DNA of 64,000 nt from a bacterium (GTDB lineage: Bacteria; ARS69), in the NCBI GenBank assembly GCA_965216835.1, contig OZ244210.1, positions 1,429,136 to 1,493,135 of the forward strand. Reading direction: 5' to 3'. A model generated the notes under the pieces. That model was not told the DNA's origin and ran no database searches. It was given only the letters and a program-made list of their open reading frames with translations. This document shows, in pieces, positions 43,917 to 53,408 of the stretch (position 1 is its first letter; the number at the start of each line of letters is the position of its first letter). The position numbers and the translations under genes are program-made.

Positions 43917-44549
43917 TTGGCGGACCCCTACGAGCACGAGACGGAACTGGCCGCCCGCCTGGGCGGCCCGGTGGCCGGCATCGACGAGGTGGGACGGGGA
44001 CCGCTGGCCGGTCCCGTCGTCGCCGCGGCGGTCGTGCTGGGCGGGGATCCGCGCATCGAGGGGCTGGCGGACTCCAAGGCGCTGGACGAGGCGGAGCGCG
44101 AGCGCCTCTGCGCCGAGATCCGGGCGGCCGTGTCCCGCGGCGAGGCGTCGGTCGGCATCGGCTGGTGCACCACCCGCGAGATCGACCGGATCAACATCCT
44201 CCAGGCCACGCACCGGGCGATGCATCGAGCGCTGGATCGCCTGCCGACGGCCCCCGTTCACCTGCTCGTCGACGGTCACCCGGTTCCCTCGCTGCCGGGA
44301 GAGCAGACGGCGCTGGTGAAGGGGGACGCCCGCTGCGCGTGCATCGGTGCGGCGTCCATCGTGGCCAAGGTGGTGCGGGATCACTTCATGGACGCCCTCG
44401 CGCGGCGCTACCCGGCCTACGGATTCGAGCGCAACAAGGGCTATGCTACGGAAGAGCATCGACGGGCCCTTGCGGAGGAAGGACCGTGCCCGCATCATCG
44501 AGAGACGTTTTCTCCCGTCGCCTTCTCCCGGCAGGGGTCGCTGTTTTGA
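43917..44549 (+). CDS. rnhB: Ribonuclease HII
   Basis: GIDEVGRGPLAGPVV with catalytic DE pair, and ADSK; TTG start. Confidence 0.9.
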   Translation: MADPYEHETELAARLGGPVAGIDEVGRGPLAGPVVAAAVVLGGDPRIEGLADSKALDEAERERLCAEIRAAVSRGEASVGIGWCTTREIDRINILQATHRAMHRALDRLPTAPVHLLVDGHPVPSLPGEQTALVKGDARCACIGAASIVAKVVRDHFMDALARRYPAYGFERNKGYATEEHRRALAEEGPCPHHRETFSPVAFSRQGSLF

Positions 44550-44917
44550 GATCGTCGCCGGCCCGCGGCAGGTGGGCGGAGGATCGCGCGCTGGAGTACC
44601 TCACGGAGGAACTCGGCTGCCGGCTCCGGGACCGCAACGTGCGCCTGGCCGGCGGGGAGATCGATCTGATCGTGCGGGACGGAGACACGGAGGTCTTCGT
44701 GGAGGTCAAGGCGCGGCGGACCGGCGGGGCCTCGGGCTCCGTGACCGCCGACAAGCAGCGCCGGCTGGGGCGGGCGGCCGCGGCCTGGATCGCCCGGCGG
44801 GGAATGCCGCGCGGCGGTTGCCGCTTCGACGTGGTGACGGTGGAGGGCCGCGGGCCGGAAACGCGGCTGCAGCACCTCCGTCACGCCTTCGAGACCGCGG
44901 ACCGCTGGGGAGTGTGA
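44546..44917 (+). CDS. yraN: YraN-family (UPF0102) predicted endonuclease
   Basis: GEIDLIVRDGDTEVFVEVKAR restriction-endonuclease-like core. TTG overlaps the rnhB stop; rnhB-yraN is a conserved pair. Confidence 0.75.
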   Translation: MRSSPARGRWAEDRALEYLTEELGCRLRDRNVRLAGGEIDLIVRDGDTEVFVEVKARRTGGASGSVTADKQRRLGRAAAAWIARRGMPRGGCRFDVVTVEGRGPETRLQHLRHAFETADRWGV

Positions 44918-44921
44918 GCTC

Positions 44922-45065
44922 GTGAAGCTGATCCTCATGATCCTGCTCGGCATCTTCGCGCTGAACGCCGTCGTCATCCTGTTCATCTCGGGGATCCTCG
45001 TCCTCGATCACCTGAAGACCCGTCGTCGGGAGTCCAAGAATGAGAGCACCGCGAACGTTTCGTAG
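44922..45065 (+). CDS. Candidate small single-pass membrane protein (47 aa)
   Basis: Unannotated ORF VKLILMILLGIFALNAVVILFISGILVLDHLKTRRRESKNESTANVS: one hydrophobic helix plus a basic tail, very high third-position GC. Overlaps the next gene start by 26 nt in another frame. Confidence 0.3.
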   Translation: MKLILMILLGIFALNAVVILFISGILVLDHLKTRRRESKNESTANVS

Positions 45066-45933
45066 CCTCGTCCTGGTCGGTCTGTTCCTGCTGGCCCTCG
45101 CCGGGTGCGGCGGGGACAAGCTGGACCCCCGGCTGCAGGAGGGCTACGACCTCGTCGTGGCCGGCAAGGTGGACGAGGCCATCGCGCTCGCCAATGCGCT
45201 GCTGGCCGATGATCCGGGCAACGCGGAGGCGCGCAACCTCATCGGTCTGGCGCTGTACAAGGCCGGAGACACGCAGGGCGCCATCGAGCAGTTCCAGCAG
45301 TCGCTGGAGATCAAGCCGGACTACCCGGAGGCGCACTTCAACCTCGGCAACGCCTACCGGATGCTGCAGCGACCCGAGGACGCGCTCCGGGAGTACGAGC
45401 TGGCGGTGGAGTACCAGCCCAGGTTCGTGCTGTCGCACTACAACATCGGAACGCTCCACCAGGAGTCCGGCCAGCCGGACGAGGCGCTGACCGCGTACCG
45501 GAAGGCCGTGGACTACGATCCGCAGTTCTTCTATGCGTACGTCGGGATGGGCAAGATCCTCTATGAGTCGGGGGACTTCGAGAACGCGGCGTCCAACCTG
45601 GCCCGGGCCCTGGAACTCTCGCCCGCCCAGAAGGAACTGCGCGTCCTGCTCGGGAACGCCTACCTGCAATCCGGCCGGTCGGATGCCGCCGCCATGGCGG
45701 AGACGGAGTTCCGCGCGGCGGTCGGCGTGGATCCGGCCTACGTCGACGCGGTGTACAACCTCGGCGTCTCGCTCCACGCGCAGAACCGCGTCGACGAGGC
45801 GGCCGACCAGTTCGGCCGCGTGCTGGAACTTATCGGCGAGGATCCCGCGCGGCAGGGAATGGTCGACCAGGTCAACTCGTTCCTGCAGCAGTACCAGGCG
45901 GCCGACGGCGAAGGGGCGGCGCAGGAAGGCTAG
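45040..45933 (+). CDS. TPR-repeat lipoprotein
   Basis: Signal peptide with lipobox (LLALAGCGG), then about six TPR units (AEARNLIGLALYKAGDTQGAIEQFQQSLEIKPDYPEAHFNLGNAY...). Confidence 0.7.
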   Translation: MRAPRTFRSLVLVGLFLLALAGCGGDKLDPRLQEGYDLVVAGKVDEAIALANALLADDPGNAEARNLIGLALYKAGDTQGAIEQFQQSLEIKPDYPEAHFNLGNAYRMLQRPEDALREYELAVEYQPRFVLSHYNIGTLHQESGQPDEALTAYRKAVDYDPQFFYAYVGMGKILYESGDFENAASNLARALELSPAQKELRVLLGNAYLQSGRSDAAAMAETEFRAAVGVDPAYVDAVYNLGVSLHAQNRVDEAADQFGRVLELIGEDPARQGMVDQVNSFLQQYQAADGEGAAQEG

Positions 45934-45996
45934 CGCGCCCGCCGTTCGCTCCACATTCCACCTCCCCGGACCCCGATCCTCCCCGGGGAGGTTGCG

Positions 45997-47547
45997 TTGC
46001 TCGCTTGCGCCCTGACCGTCGCGCTCGGCGGTATCGAAGCCCATGCCATCCACGTCGAGGCCGACGTCACCCCCGGTCTGCCGCACACGCAGATCGTCGG
46101 CCTGCCGGACGCCGCCGTCCGCGAGTCCAAGGAGCGCGTTCACGCGGCGCTCCGGAACTCCGGCTACGAGTGGCCGGCCGCCCGCATCACCCTGAACCTC
46201 GCGCCCGCCGAGCTGCCCAAGGAGGGGAGCGGCTTCGACCTGCCGATCGCCCTCGCGCTGCTGGCGGCGTCGGGGCAGGCGCCGCCCGGGGCGCTCCGCG
46301 ATCTCCTGTTCGTGGGAGAGCTCTCCCTGGACGGCAGCCTGCGTGCCGTGCGCGGCGCTCTGGTCTTCGCGCTGGCCGCCCGCGAGCGCGGGGCGCGGGG
46401 AATCGTCGTGCCGGAGGGGAACCGGCGAGAGGTGTCGTCCGTGGAGGGACTGCCGGTGGGCGCCGCCGCGACCCTGCGGGAGGTCGTGGATCGGTTGCCG
46501 GCTTCGGACTTCCTGCAGCCGGCGCCCGGGCTCGACGCCCGCGCGCGGGAGATTTCCGGCCCCGATCTGTCCGAGGTGCGCGGCCAGGAGGACGCCCGCC
46601 GCGCGCTGGAGATCGCCGCAGCCGGCGGCCACAACCTGCTGCTCATCGGCCCGCCGGGCACCGGCAAGACGATGCTGGCACGCCGGCTTCCCACGCTGCT
46701 GCCGCCGCTGGAACCGGCCGAGGTGTTGGAGGTCACGCGCATCCACTCCGTCGCCGGCTCGCTGGGGGCGGAGGGCGAGCCGGTGACGCAGCCTCCGTTC
46801 CGCGCGCCGCACCATACCGTCTCCGACGTGGGCCTGGTGGGCGGCGGCAACCCGCCGCGCCCCGGGGAGGTGAGCCTCGCGCACCGCGGCGTCTTGTTCC
46901 TCGACGAGCTGCCGGAGTTCCGTCGCTCCGCGCTGGAGTCGCTCCGGCAGCCGATCGAGGATCGGCGCGTCGCCATCGTGCGCGCGCGCCGGTCCGCCAC
47001 GTTCCCGGCCGCGTTTCAGCTCGTCGCGTCCATGAACCCGTGCCCGTGCGGCCGGTCGGGCGATGCGCGCCGCCCCTGCCTGTGCACGTCGCCGGAGATC
47101 CGCCGCTACCGGTCGCGCGTGTCCGGACCGCTGCTGGACCGCATCGACCTGCACGTGTGGATGCCGCCCGTCGAGCTGGAACGGCTCACCGGCGCCGAGA
47201 CGGGGGAGACGTCGGCCGCGGTCGCGCGCCGCGTGGAGGAGGCGCGCCGGCGCCAGCTCCGGCGACGGGAGGCGACGCCCTCGCTGCCGTCGCGCAACGC
47301 GGAGCTGGAGGGACGGGCGCTGCGCCGCCTGTGCGCGCTGCCGCCCGACGCCCCCGCGCTGCTCGCGACGTCGCTGCGCCGCCGCGGACTCTCGGCGCGG
47401 GCGGTGCATCGCGTGCTCCGCGTGGCGCGCACACTGGCGGATCTCGAGGGATGCGAGACCGTCGGGCTGACTCATCTCGCCGAGGCCGCGCGCTACCGAA
47501 TCCTCGCCGACGGCCCCGCGGCGCCGGACGCCCAGGCCGTCCGGTAA
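45997..47547 (+). CDS. comM: YifB/ComM-family Mg-chelatase-like AAA+ ATPase
   Basis: N-terminal Lon-protease-like domain (GLPDAAVRESKERV, ITLNLAPAELPKEGSGFDLPIALALL), Walker A GPPGTGKT, Walker B VLFLDELPEF, and C-terminal zinc-ribbon-like Cys cluster. TTG start. Confidence 0.9.
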   Translation: MLACALTVALGGIEAHAIHVEADVTPGLPHTQIVGLPDAAVRESKERVHAALRNSGYEWPAARITLNLAPAELPKEGSGFDLPIALALLAASGQAPPGALRDLLFVGELSLDGSLRAVRGALVFALAARERGARGIVVPEGNRREVSSVEGLPVGAAATLREVVDRLPASDFLQPAPGLDARAREISGPDLSEVRGQEDARRALEIAAAGGHNLLLIGPPGTGKTMLARRLPTLLPPLEPAEVLEVTRIHSVAGSLGAEGEPVTQPPFRAPHHTVSDVGLVGGGNPPRPGEVSLAHRGVLFLDELPEFRRSALESLRQPIEDRRVAIVRARRSATFPAAFQLVASMNPCPCGRSGDARRPCLCTSPEIRRYRSRVSGPLLDRIDLHVWMPPVELERLTGAETGETSAAVARRVEEARRRQLRRREATPSLPSRNAELEGRALRRLCALPPDAPALLATSLRRRGLSARAVHRVLRVARTLADLEGCETVGLTHLAEAARYRILADGPAAPDAQAVR

Positions 47548-47586
47548 GCCCTGGACTCCAGCCGGGCGCCGCTCCAGACTCGCGCC

Positions 47587-49623
47587 ATGGACGATGCACC
47601 CCGTCTCGCCCGGCCGCAGTCCCGTCCGCATGCCGTCGCCAGCGGCGCGCTCCTCGGTGCCGCGCCGCTGACGGCCATGCTGCTGGCCCGGTCGCCCGCG
47701 CCGCCGTTCGCGGTCCCGTTTCCGGGCGCGGCGCCCGCGCTGGCCGTCGTCACGGCCGTCGCGCTGATCGTCGCGGCGCTGACGTGGCCGCGCAACGAGA
47801 CCGCCGGTCGCGCGGCGGTAACGGTGGCACTGGCCGGAGCCGCGATGCTCCTGCTGCCGGCGGCGATGGCGTCCCCGTTCCTCGCGCTCGTCCTGCTGCT
47901 GGCCGCCACGGCGGCGCTGGCCTCCATCTGGAACCTCACCGGCGCGTTTCCGCGTCGCGTGTCCGCCGATGCGCTGGTGCCCGGCCGCGCCCGCGGCGCC
48001 AGCCTTGCCGCGCTGGCGGGCTGGGCGGTTTCGTCGACGCTGCCCGGCGGTGCCACGCCGCTGGAGGAGACCGCGGTCCGCGTGTCGCTGCTCCTCGCCG
48101 CCGCGCTGGTCCTCTTCTGGGCGTTCGGCGCCCGCGGGGTCGCGCGCAGCCGGCTCCTGGCCATCGCACTGGCGGCCGTGGCGGCGGGGCTGGCCGTGCT
48201 GCTCCGCCGCGAGACGGAGGGCGGCGTGATCCTCGTCGCGGTCTCGGCGGCCGCGATCCCCCGCGCGCGTCGCGGTCCCATCGACTGGGAGGTCTGGTGG
48301 GAGCCTCTGCTCGGGAACCCGCAGCGCCTCGTCGTGGGGACGTTCGCCGCGCTGATCGTCGCGGGGACGTTCCTCCTGGCGCTGCCCGCGCTGTCCTCCG
48401 ACGGCGCCGGACTCGCGCCGCTGGACGCCGCCTTCACGGCGGTGAGCGCCGTGTGCGTCACGGGCCTCATCGTCGTGGATACGGCGACCGCGTTCACCGT
48501 GCCCGGCCAGGTCTTGATCCTGATCCTCATCCAGCTCGGCGGTCTGGGGATCATGACCTACTCCACGGTGCTCCTGCAGGCGCTCGGCCGGAGGATCAGC
48601 CTGCGCCACGAAGGCGCGGTCGCGAGACTCCTCAGCTCGCAGGATCGCGGCCGCCTGTTCGAGGCGACGCGTCGCGTGCTGCTGTTCACGTTCGCGTGCG
48701 AGGCGCTCGGCGCGATCGCCCTGTTCGCGGGCTTTCTCGCCGCCGGGGACGCCGCCGGTAGCGCGGCCTGGCGTGCCGTGTTCACGTCGGTGTCGGCGTT
48801 CTGCAACGCGGGCTTCGCGCTGGACACGGAGTCGCTGATCGCCGTCGCCGATCAGCCGGGGATCCTGCACACCGTTGCGCTGCTGATCATCCTGGGCGGT
48901 CTCTCGCCCGCGGTCGTGCTCGTCGTGCCGCGGTGGTTCCGCCGCGGCACCCGGCCGGTTCCGCTGCAGGCGCGTCTGACGGTCACGGCGGCCGGCGCGC
49001 TGCTGGCGGTTGCGTTCGTCTTCTTCGCGGCCGTCGAGTGGACGGGGGCGCTGGGTCATCTCCCGGCCGTCGACCGCCTGCACCACGCGTGGTTCCAGTC
49101 CGTGACGCTGCGAACGGCGGGCTTCAACAGCGTCGACCTTTCGGCCGTGAACGCATCCACGCTTTCCCTCATGATGGCGTGGATGTTCATCGGGGGGAGC
49201 CCCGGGGGCACGGCGGGCGGGATCAAGACGACGACCGTCGCGCTGCTGATCCTGTCCGTCGTCCAGACGGTGCGCGGTCGGGCACGGGTGACGGTCGCCG
49301 GACGATCCATCCCGGAGGCCTCGCTGCGGCAGGCGGGCGTCGTGGTGACGCTGGCGGCCGCGTTCGTGGGCCTGCTGATCGTGGCGCTGCAGCTGACGCA
49401 GGACATGCCGGCGCGTCTCGCCGTGTTCGAGGCGGTGTCGGCGTTCGGGACCGTAGGGCTGTCCATCGGGGGAACGGCCCTGCTGGACGGCCCGGGCAAG
49501 GTGATCGTGATGGTCGGGATGTTCGTCGGCCGCGTGGGGACGCTGACGCTGCTGATGTTCCTGGCCCAGCGGGAGAACGCACCGGTGCTGCGCCGGCCGG
49601 AAGAGGACGTGGACGTCGGTTAG
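47587..49623 (+). CDS. trkH: TrkH/KtrB-family K+ transporter with a roughly 230 aa N-terminal polytopic extension
   Basis: Core carries selectivity-filter-like repeats (IQLGGLG, SAFCNAGF, GGSPGGTAGGIKTTT). The preceding Ala/Leu-rich region with about 5 predicted TM helices is in frame and has coding-like codon bias. Confidence 0.8.
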   Translation: MDDAPRLARPQSRPHAVASGALLGAAPLTAMLLARSPAPPFAVPFPGAAPALAVVTAVALIVAALTWPRNETAGRAAVTVALAGAAMLLLPAAMASPFLALVLLLAATAALASIWNLTGAFPRRVSADALVPGRARGASLAALAGWAVSSTLPGGATPLEETAVRVSLLLAAALVLFWAFGARGVARSRLLAIALAAVAAGLAVLLRRETEGGVILVAVSAAAIPRARRGPIDWEVWWEPLLGNPQRLVVGTFAALIVAGTFLLALPALSSDGAGLAPLDAAFTAVSAVCVTGLIVVDTATAFTVPGQVLILILIQLGGLGIMTYSTVLLQALGRRISLRHEGAVARLLSSQDRGRLFEATRRVLLFTFACEALGAIALFAGFLAAGDAAGSAAWRAVFTSVSAFCNAGFALDTESLIAVADQPGILHTVALLIILGGLSPAVVLVVPRWFRRGTRPVPLQARLTVTAAGALLAVAFVFFAAVEWTGALGHLPAVDRLHHAWFQSVTLRTAGFNSVDLSAVNASTLSLMMAWMFIGGSPGGTAGGIKTTTVALLILSVVQTVRGRARVTVAGRSIPEASLRQAGVVVTLAAAFVGLLIVALQLTQDMPARLAVFEAVSAFGTVGLSIGGTALLDGPGKVIVMVGMFVGRVGTLTLLMFLAQRENAPVLRRPEEDVDVG

Positions 49624-49631
49624 GAGACGGC

Positions 49632-50291
49632 ATGGAACGACAGGCGATCGTCATCGGCCTCGGCCAGTTCGGGCTGGCCGTGGCGCGGGAACTCACGAAC
49701 CGTGACGTCGGCGTGCTGGCGGTGGACCTGCGCGAGGATCGAGTGCGGGCGGCCGCGGAGTTCGCCACGGATGCGGCGTGCTTCGATGCGACCGAAGAGG
49801 AGGCGATGGCGCGCCTCTCGCCGGAGCGCCGCGACCTCTGCATCTGCGCGATCGGCGACGAGGCACGCGAGGCGTCGATCGTGTGCACGGCGCTGCTACG
49901 GCAGATGGGCGGGCCGCGCGTCATCGCCCGCGCCAGCGACGACCTGCACGCGCGCATCCTGACGCTGGTGGGGGCGCACCAGATCGTGAACCCGGAGTGG
50001 GAGTTCGGTCTCCGGTTCGCCAGCCGCATCCTACACGACGGCATCCGGGCGCAGATGCCGCTGGGCTCGGATCTCGTCGTCAGCGAGGTCGAGGCGCCCA
50101 CGTCCCTCGTGGGGCATCCGCTGGCGGAGCTGGAGCTGTCGCGTCGGTTCGGCGTCAACGTCGTGGCGATCCGGCGCGGCGATCAGGGCGCGGTCGTCCT
50201 GCCGGAGCCGTCCACCGTCCTCGAGGCGGTGGACATCGTCGTGCTGGTCGGGCGGGAAGAGGCCGTCGGCCGGTTCGTGGACGCGGACTGA
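49632..50291 (+). CDS. trkA: K+ transport regulatory subunit (RCK_N plus RCK_C; TrkA/KtrA-like)
   Basis: Rossmann motif IVIGLGQFG at the N-terminus and a TrkA-C-like C-terminal domain. AGGAGACGG RBS; 8 nt after trkH. Confidence 0.75.
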   Translation: MERQAIVIGLGQFGLAVARELTNRDVGVLAVDLREDRVRAAAEFATDAACFDATEEEAMARLSPERRDLCICAIGDEAREASIVCTALLRQMGGPRVIARASDDLHARILTLVGAHQIVNPEWEFGLRFASRILHDGIRAQMPLGSDLVVSEVEAPTSLVGHPLAELELSRRFGVNVVAIRRGDQGAVVLPEPSTVLEAVDIVVLVGREEAVGRFVDAD

Positions 50292-51214
50292 TGGAACTGC
50301 GCCGGGAACTCGTCGTGGCCATCGGGGCCCTGGTGCTCCTGAACGCGCTGCTCGCATTCGGGGCGATCGGCCTGTTCGTGCGGATGGGGCCCGTCATCGA
50401 CGGCATCCTGCAGGAGAACGTGGCGCAGGTCGTCGCGGCCGAGGGGATCGTCGATGCGCTGGTCGGCGGGGCCGGACGCTCCGCGTCGCCGGAGGTTCGC
50501 GCGCGCGTGCAGGCGCGCGTGGACTCGTTCTCGGAGCCGACGTCCGACGATGCGGAGCGCGTCGCATTGGAAGCGCTGCGAGCGCGGCTCCCGGCCGCGC
50601 TGGAAGGGGATGCGTCCGCCACCGAGGCGGTCGTGGCCGAGGCGGGGACGATCATCCAGCTGCGGCGCGACGCGATGTCCCGGGAGGTCGCGCGCACGGG
50701 ACAGCTCGGCCGCGCGGGAGCGTGGGCGGCCGTGCTCGTGGGTCTCGCTTCCTTCGTGGGCAGCCTGATCGTCTTCCGCCGCTTCCGGCAGCGACTCGTG
50801 GATCCCCTCGTCGACGTGTCGCAGGTCCTGGAGGACGTGCGGTCCGGCGATCGTTTCCGGCGCGCGCGCCCGCAGGCCGCGCCCGCGGAGCTGCGCAAGG
50901 TCCGCGACGCAGTCAACGCGCTCCTGGACGAACGCATCGCACCGCGCCGGACCGACGGCGATGCGGATCCGCGCGCGATCCGCCTCGCCCTCCTGCACCT
51001 CCTGGGCGACCTGCCCGGCCCAGCCGTCGTCACGGACCGCACCGGCAAGGTGCTGGCCGGCAACGACGCCGCGCTGGAGGCGCTGGCGGGGAGCAGGGGC
51101 GATGCGCTGCGGGCGGCGCTGGAAGAGGCGGTGGACGGCGTGGAGACCTCGACGGTGCAGGCGGCGGAGCTGCCCGACGGAGGCGGCTGGATCGCTCGCT
51201 GGGACGCGGGCTAG
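50291..51214 (+). CDS. Hypothetical membrane sensor-like protein (TM, periplasmic loop, TM, HAMP-like linker; no output domain)
   Basis: 307 aa. Two TM helices (LVVAIGALVLLNALLAFGAIGLFV and AWAAVLVGLASFVGSLIVF) flank a roughly 110 aa loop; HAMP-like amphipathic region follows, then a short PAS-start-like tail. ATG overlaps the trkA stop. Confidence 0.5.
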   Translation: MELRRELVVAIGALVLLNALLAFGAIGLFVRMGPVIDGILQENVAQVVAAEGIVDALVGGAGRSASPEVRARVQARVDSFSEPTSDDAERVALEALRARLPAALEGDASATEAVVAEAGTIIQLRRDAMSREVARTGQLGRAGAWAAVLVGLASFVGSLIVFRRFRQRLVDPLVDVSQVLEDVRSGDRFRRARPQAAPAELRKVRDAVNALLDERIAPRRTDGDADPRAIRLALLHLLGDLPGPAVVTDRTGKVLAGNDAALEALAGSRGDALRAALEEAVDGVETSTVQAAELPDGGGWIARWDAG

Positions 51215-52080
51215 CCGCGCGTGTCCGCTTCGACCGCCTCGACGTAGCGCCGCAGGAGACCCAGCGTGACCGGTCCCGGAGTTCCGTCCCCCACCGGCGT
51301 GTCGTGAATTCGCACCACCGGCGCCACCTGGATCGTCGTGCCGCTGAGGAACACCTCGTCGGCGGTGGCCACGCGCTCCCGCGGCAGCGTGGCCTCCACG
51401 GCGTTCAGCCCGGCGTCGCGTGCGAGTTCCAGGACGATCTCCCGCGTGATCCCTCCGAGGATCCCCGCGGTGAGCGGCGGCGTCACCAGCGAGTTTCCCT
51501 CCACGAGGAACACGTTGGCCGCGGCCGCCTCCACGATGTCGCCGCTCTCGTTCGGCAGCAGCACCTCGTCGGCCTCGGCCTCGCGCGCCTCGTTGCGGGC
51601 GAAGAGCGACACCTGGTAGTTCGTCGACTTCACGCCGGCCAGCGGGCTGCCGGACAGGCGCCGGTAGCGCGAGAGGACGACGCGGATGCCGCGGCGCCGG
51701 CGTTCGTCCGCCGCCTCGTCGTAGGGGTGGGCCGTCACCAGGACGGACGTGCCGGTGGTGGAGGAGAGGTCCAGCCGTCGAAGCAGCGTGCCGCGCGTCA
51801 CGGTGATGCGCACCGCGGCCGAAGCGAGCGCGTTGCCGTGCAGCAGCTCGTCCAGCGCGCGCCGGAACTCCTCGCGCGGCGGCAGTTCCAGATCGATGCG
51901 CTCCGCGCCCTTGGCCAGCCGGTCCAGGTGGCGCTCCCGCGCGAACGGCCGGCCGTGGTAGGCGCGCATCGTCTCGTAGAGGCCGTCGCCGTAGAGGAAG
52001 CCCGCGTCGAACACGGAGACTACGGCCTCTTCGGCCGGGACGAGCCGGCCGTTCCAGTGCACGAGGGGGGCGCTCGTCAT
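51211..52080 (-). CDS. pabC: Class IV aminotransferase-fold protein, probable aminodeoxychorismate lyase
   Basis: Start at the internal ATG (MTSAPLVHWNGRLVP), overlapping the pabB stop. Fold IV PLP-enzyme motifs (GDGLYET, GVKSTNY); the pabB pairing supports PabC over IlvE. Confidence 0.7.
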   Translation of the reverse strand: MTSAPLVHWNGRLVPAEEAVVSVFDAGFLYGDGLYETMRAYHGRPFARERHLDRLAKGAERIDLELPPREEFRRALDELLHGNALASAAVRITVTRGTLLRRLDLSSTTGTSVLVTAHPYDEAADERRRRGIRVVLSRYRRLSGSPLAGVKSTNYQVSLFARNEAREAEADEVLLPNESGDIVEAAAANVFLVEGNSLVTPPLTAGILGGITREIVLELARDAGLNAVEATLPRERVATADEVFLSGTTIQVAPVVRIHDTPVGDGTPGPVTLGLLRRYVEAVEADTRG

Positions 52081-53408
52081 CCTTCGCTCCGCGCGGGCAC
52101 GCGCTCCAGGTCCACCTCCAGCGCCAGCGAGAAAGCCCGCGCCTTGACCAGCAGCTCCCGCCATTCCGCGTCGGGCCGGGAGTCGGCGACGATGCCGCCT
52201 CCGGACCCGAACGAAAAGAGGTCCTCCCGGAACGTACCCGTCCGGATGGCGACGGCCAGGTCCAGCGAGCGGTCGAACCCGATCCAGCCGACTGCGCCCG
52301 TGTAGTCGCCGCGTGCGGCCGGTTCCAGGCCGGACAGGATCTGCATCGCCCGACGCTTGGGCGCCCCGGTGATGGAGCCGAACGGGAACAGGGCCGCGAC
52401 CGCGTCCAGCGCATCGCGGCCGGGGGCGAGCGTCCCGGTCACGGTGGACACCAGATGGTGAACGTGCGCGAACGACTCCAGCTCGCGCAGGTGGGGGACG
52501 CGCACGCTGCCCGGCGCGCAGACCTTGCCGAGGTCATTGCGGACGAGATCCGTGATCATGACCAGCTCGGCGCGGTCCTTCGGCGACCGGGCAAGCTCCG
52601 CCGCGCGTCGCGCGTCCTCGGCCGGGTCCGGGCTGCGGGCGGCGGTCCCCTTGATCGGACGCGATTCCAGTCGGCGGCCGCGCGCGGAGAGCAGGCGTTC
52701 CGGCGAGGACGAGATCACGGTGCGGTCCTCGGTCTCCACGTACGCCGCGAACGGGGCCGGGTTGTCGCGGCGCAACCGCTCGAAGAGCGCGAGCGGCGAC
52801 AGCGTCGTGCGGACGGCGAAGCGCGCGGTGAGGTTGGCCTGGTAGATGTCGCCCGCGCGGATGTGCTCCAGGATCCGCTCCACCCCGAGCCGGTGAGACG
52901 ACGGATCCAGCGACACGGATTCCACGTGGGAGCGGATCGCCGCGGAGGGCTCGTCGCCGCCCTGCCCCTCCCGCAGGATCTCCTCCAGGTCCTTCGCCCG
53001 CCGAAGCGCCTCGCGCTCGTCGAAGCCGCCGTCGCCGCGCAGCCCCCAGGAGGTCACCTCCACCGTGTCGTCCCGGACGATCGCGAACGTGTCGTAGACG
53101 CCGTACCAGGCGCCGGATCCCGGACGCGGCGGCAGTCCTTCGGCCGCGAACCCCGACTCGTACGGGAGCAGCGCCACGACTCCGCCCCGGAAGCCGCCGC
53201 CCTTCCCCGTCGCCACGCGCGGCAGGCGTTCCCGGAGTTCCTCCAGGCCCAGCCCTTCCGGCGGACGAAGCGTGAACACGGGGGCGGCGCCGAACACGTC
53301 GGGACCGTCGGCGGGGGAGAAACGGAAGCGGTCGCCGGACGGCAGCCGCCGGAAGAGCTCGTCCGCGGAGGCGACCCGCCGGAACGAGTGCCGCCGGGGC
53401 ACGCACAT
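52077..53408 (-). CDS. pabB: Aminodeoxychorismate synthase component I (chorismate-binding enzyme family)
   Basis: 443 aa from MCVPRR. C-terminal chorismate-binding domain (SSSPERLL, PIKGTAARS, FPFGSITGAPK, AVGWIGFD, GSGGGIVADS). The rest of the 1170 aa ORF upstream is read-through. Confidence 0.8.
   Translation of the reverse strand: MCVPRRHSFRRVASADELFRRLPSGDRFRFSPADGPDVFGAAPVFTLRPPEGLGLEELRERLPRVATGKGGGFRGGVVALLPYESGFAAEGLPPRPGSGAWYGVYDTFAIVRDDTVEVTSWGLRGDGGFDEREALRRAKDLEEILREGQGGDEPSAAIRSHVESVSLDPSSHRLGVERILEHIRAGDIYQANLTARFAVRTTLSPLALFERLRRDNPAPFAAYVETEDRTVISSSPERLLSARGRRLESRPIKGTAARSPDPAEDARRAAELARSPKDRAELVMITDLVRNDLGKVCAPGSVRVPHLRELESFAHVHHLVSTVTGTLAPGRDALDAVAALFPFGSITGAPKRRAMQILSGLEPAARGDYTGAVGWIGFDRSLDLAVAIRTGTFREDLFSFGSGGGIVADSRPDAEWRELLVKARAFSLALEVDLERVPARSEG

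Noticed and set aside
44983-49086. 1367 aa minus-strand ORF and 918 aa plus-strand ORF (46005..48761) across comM and trkH
   Set aside because: Antisense or out of frame to strongly supported comM and trkH; low-complexity Arg/Gly/Pro-rich translation with no domain signatures.
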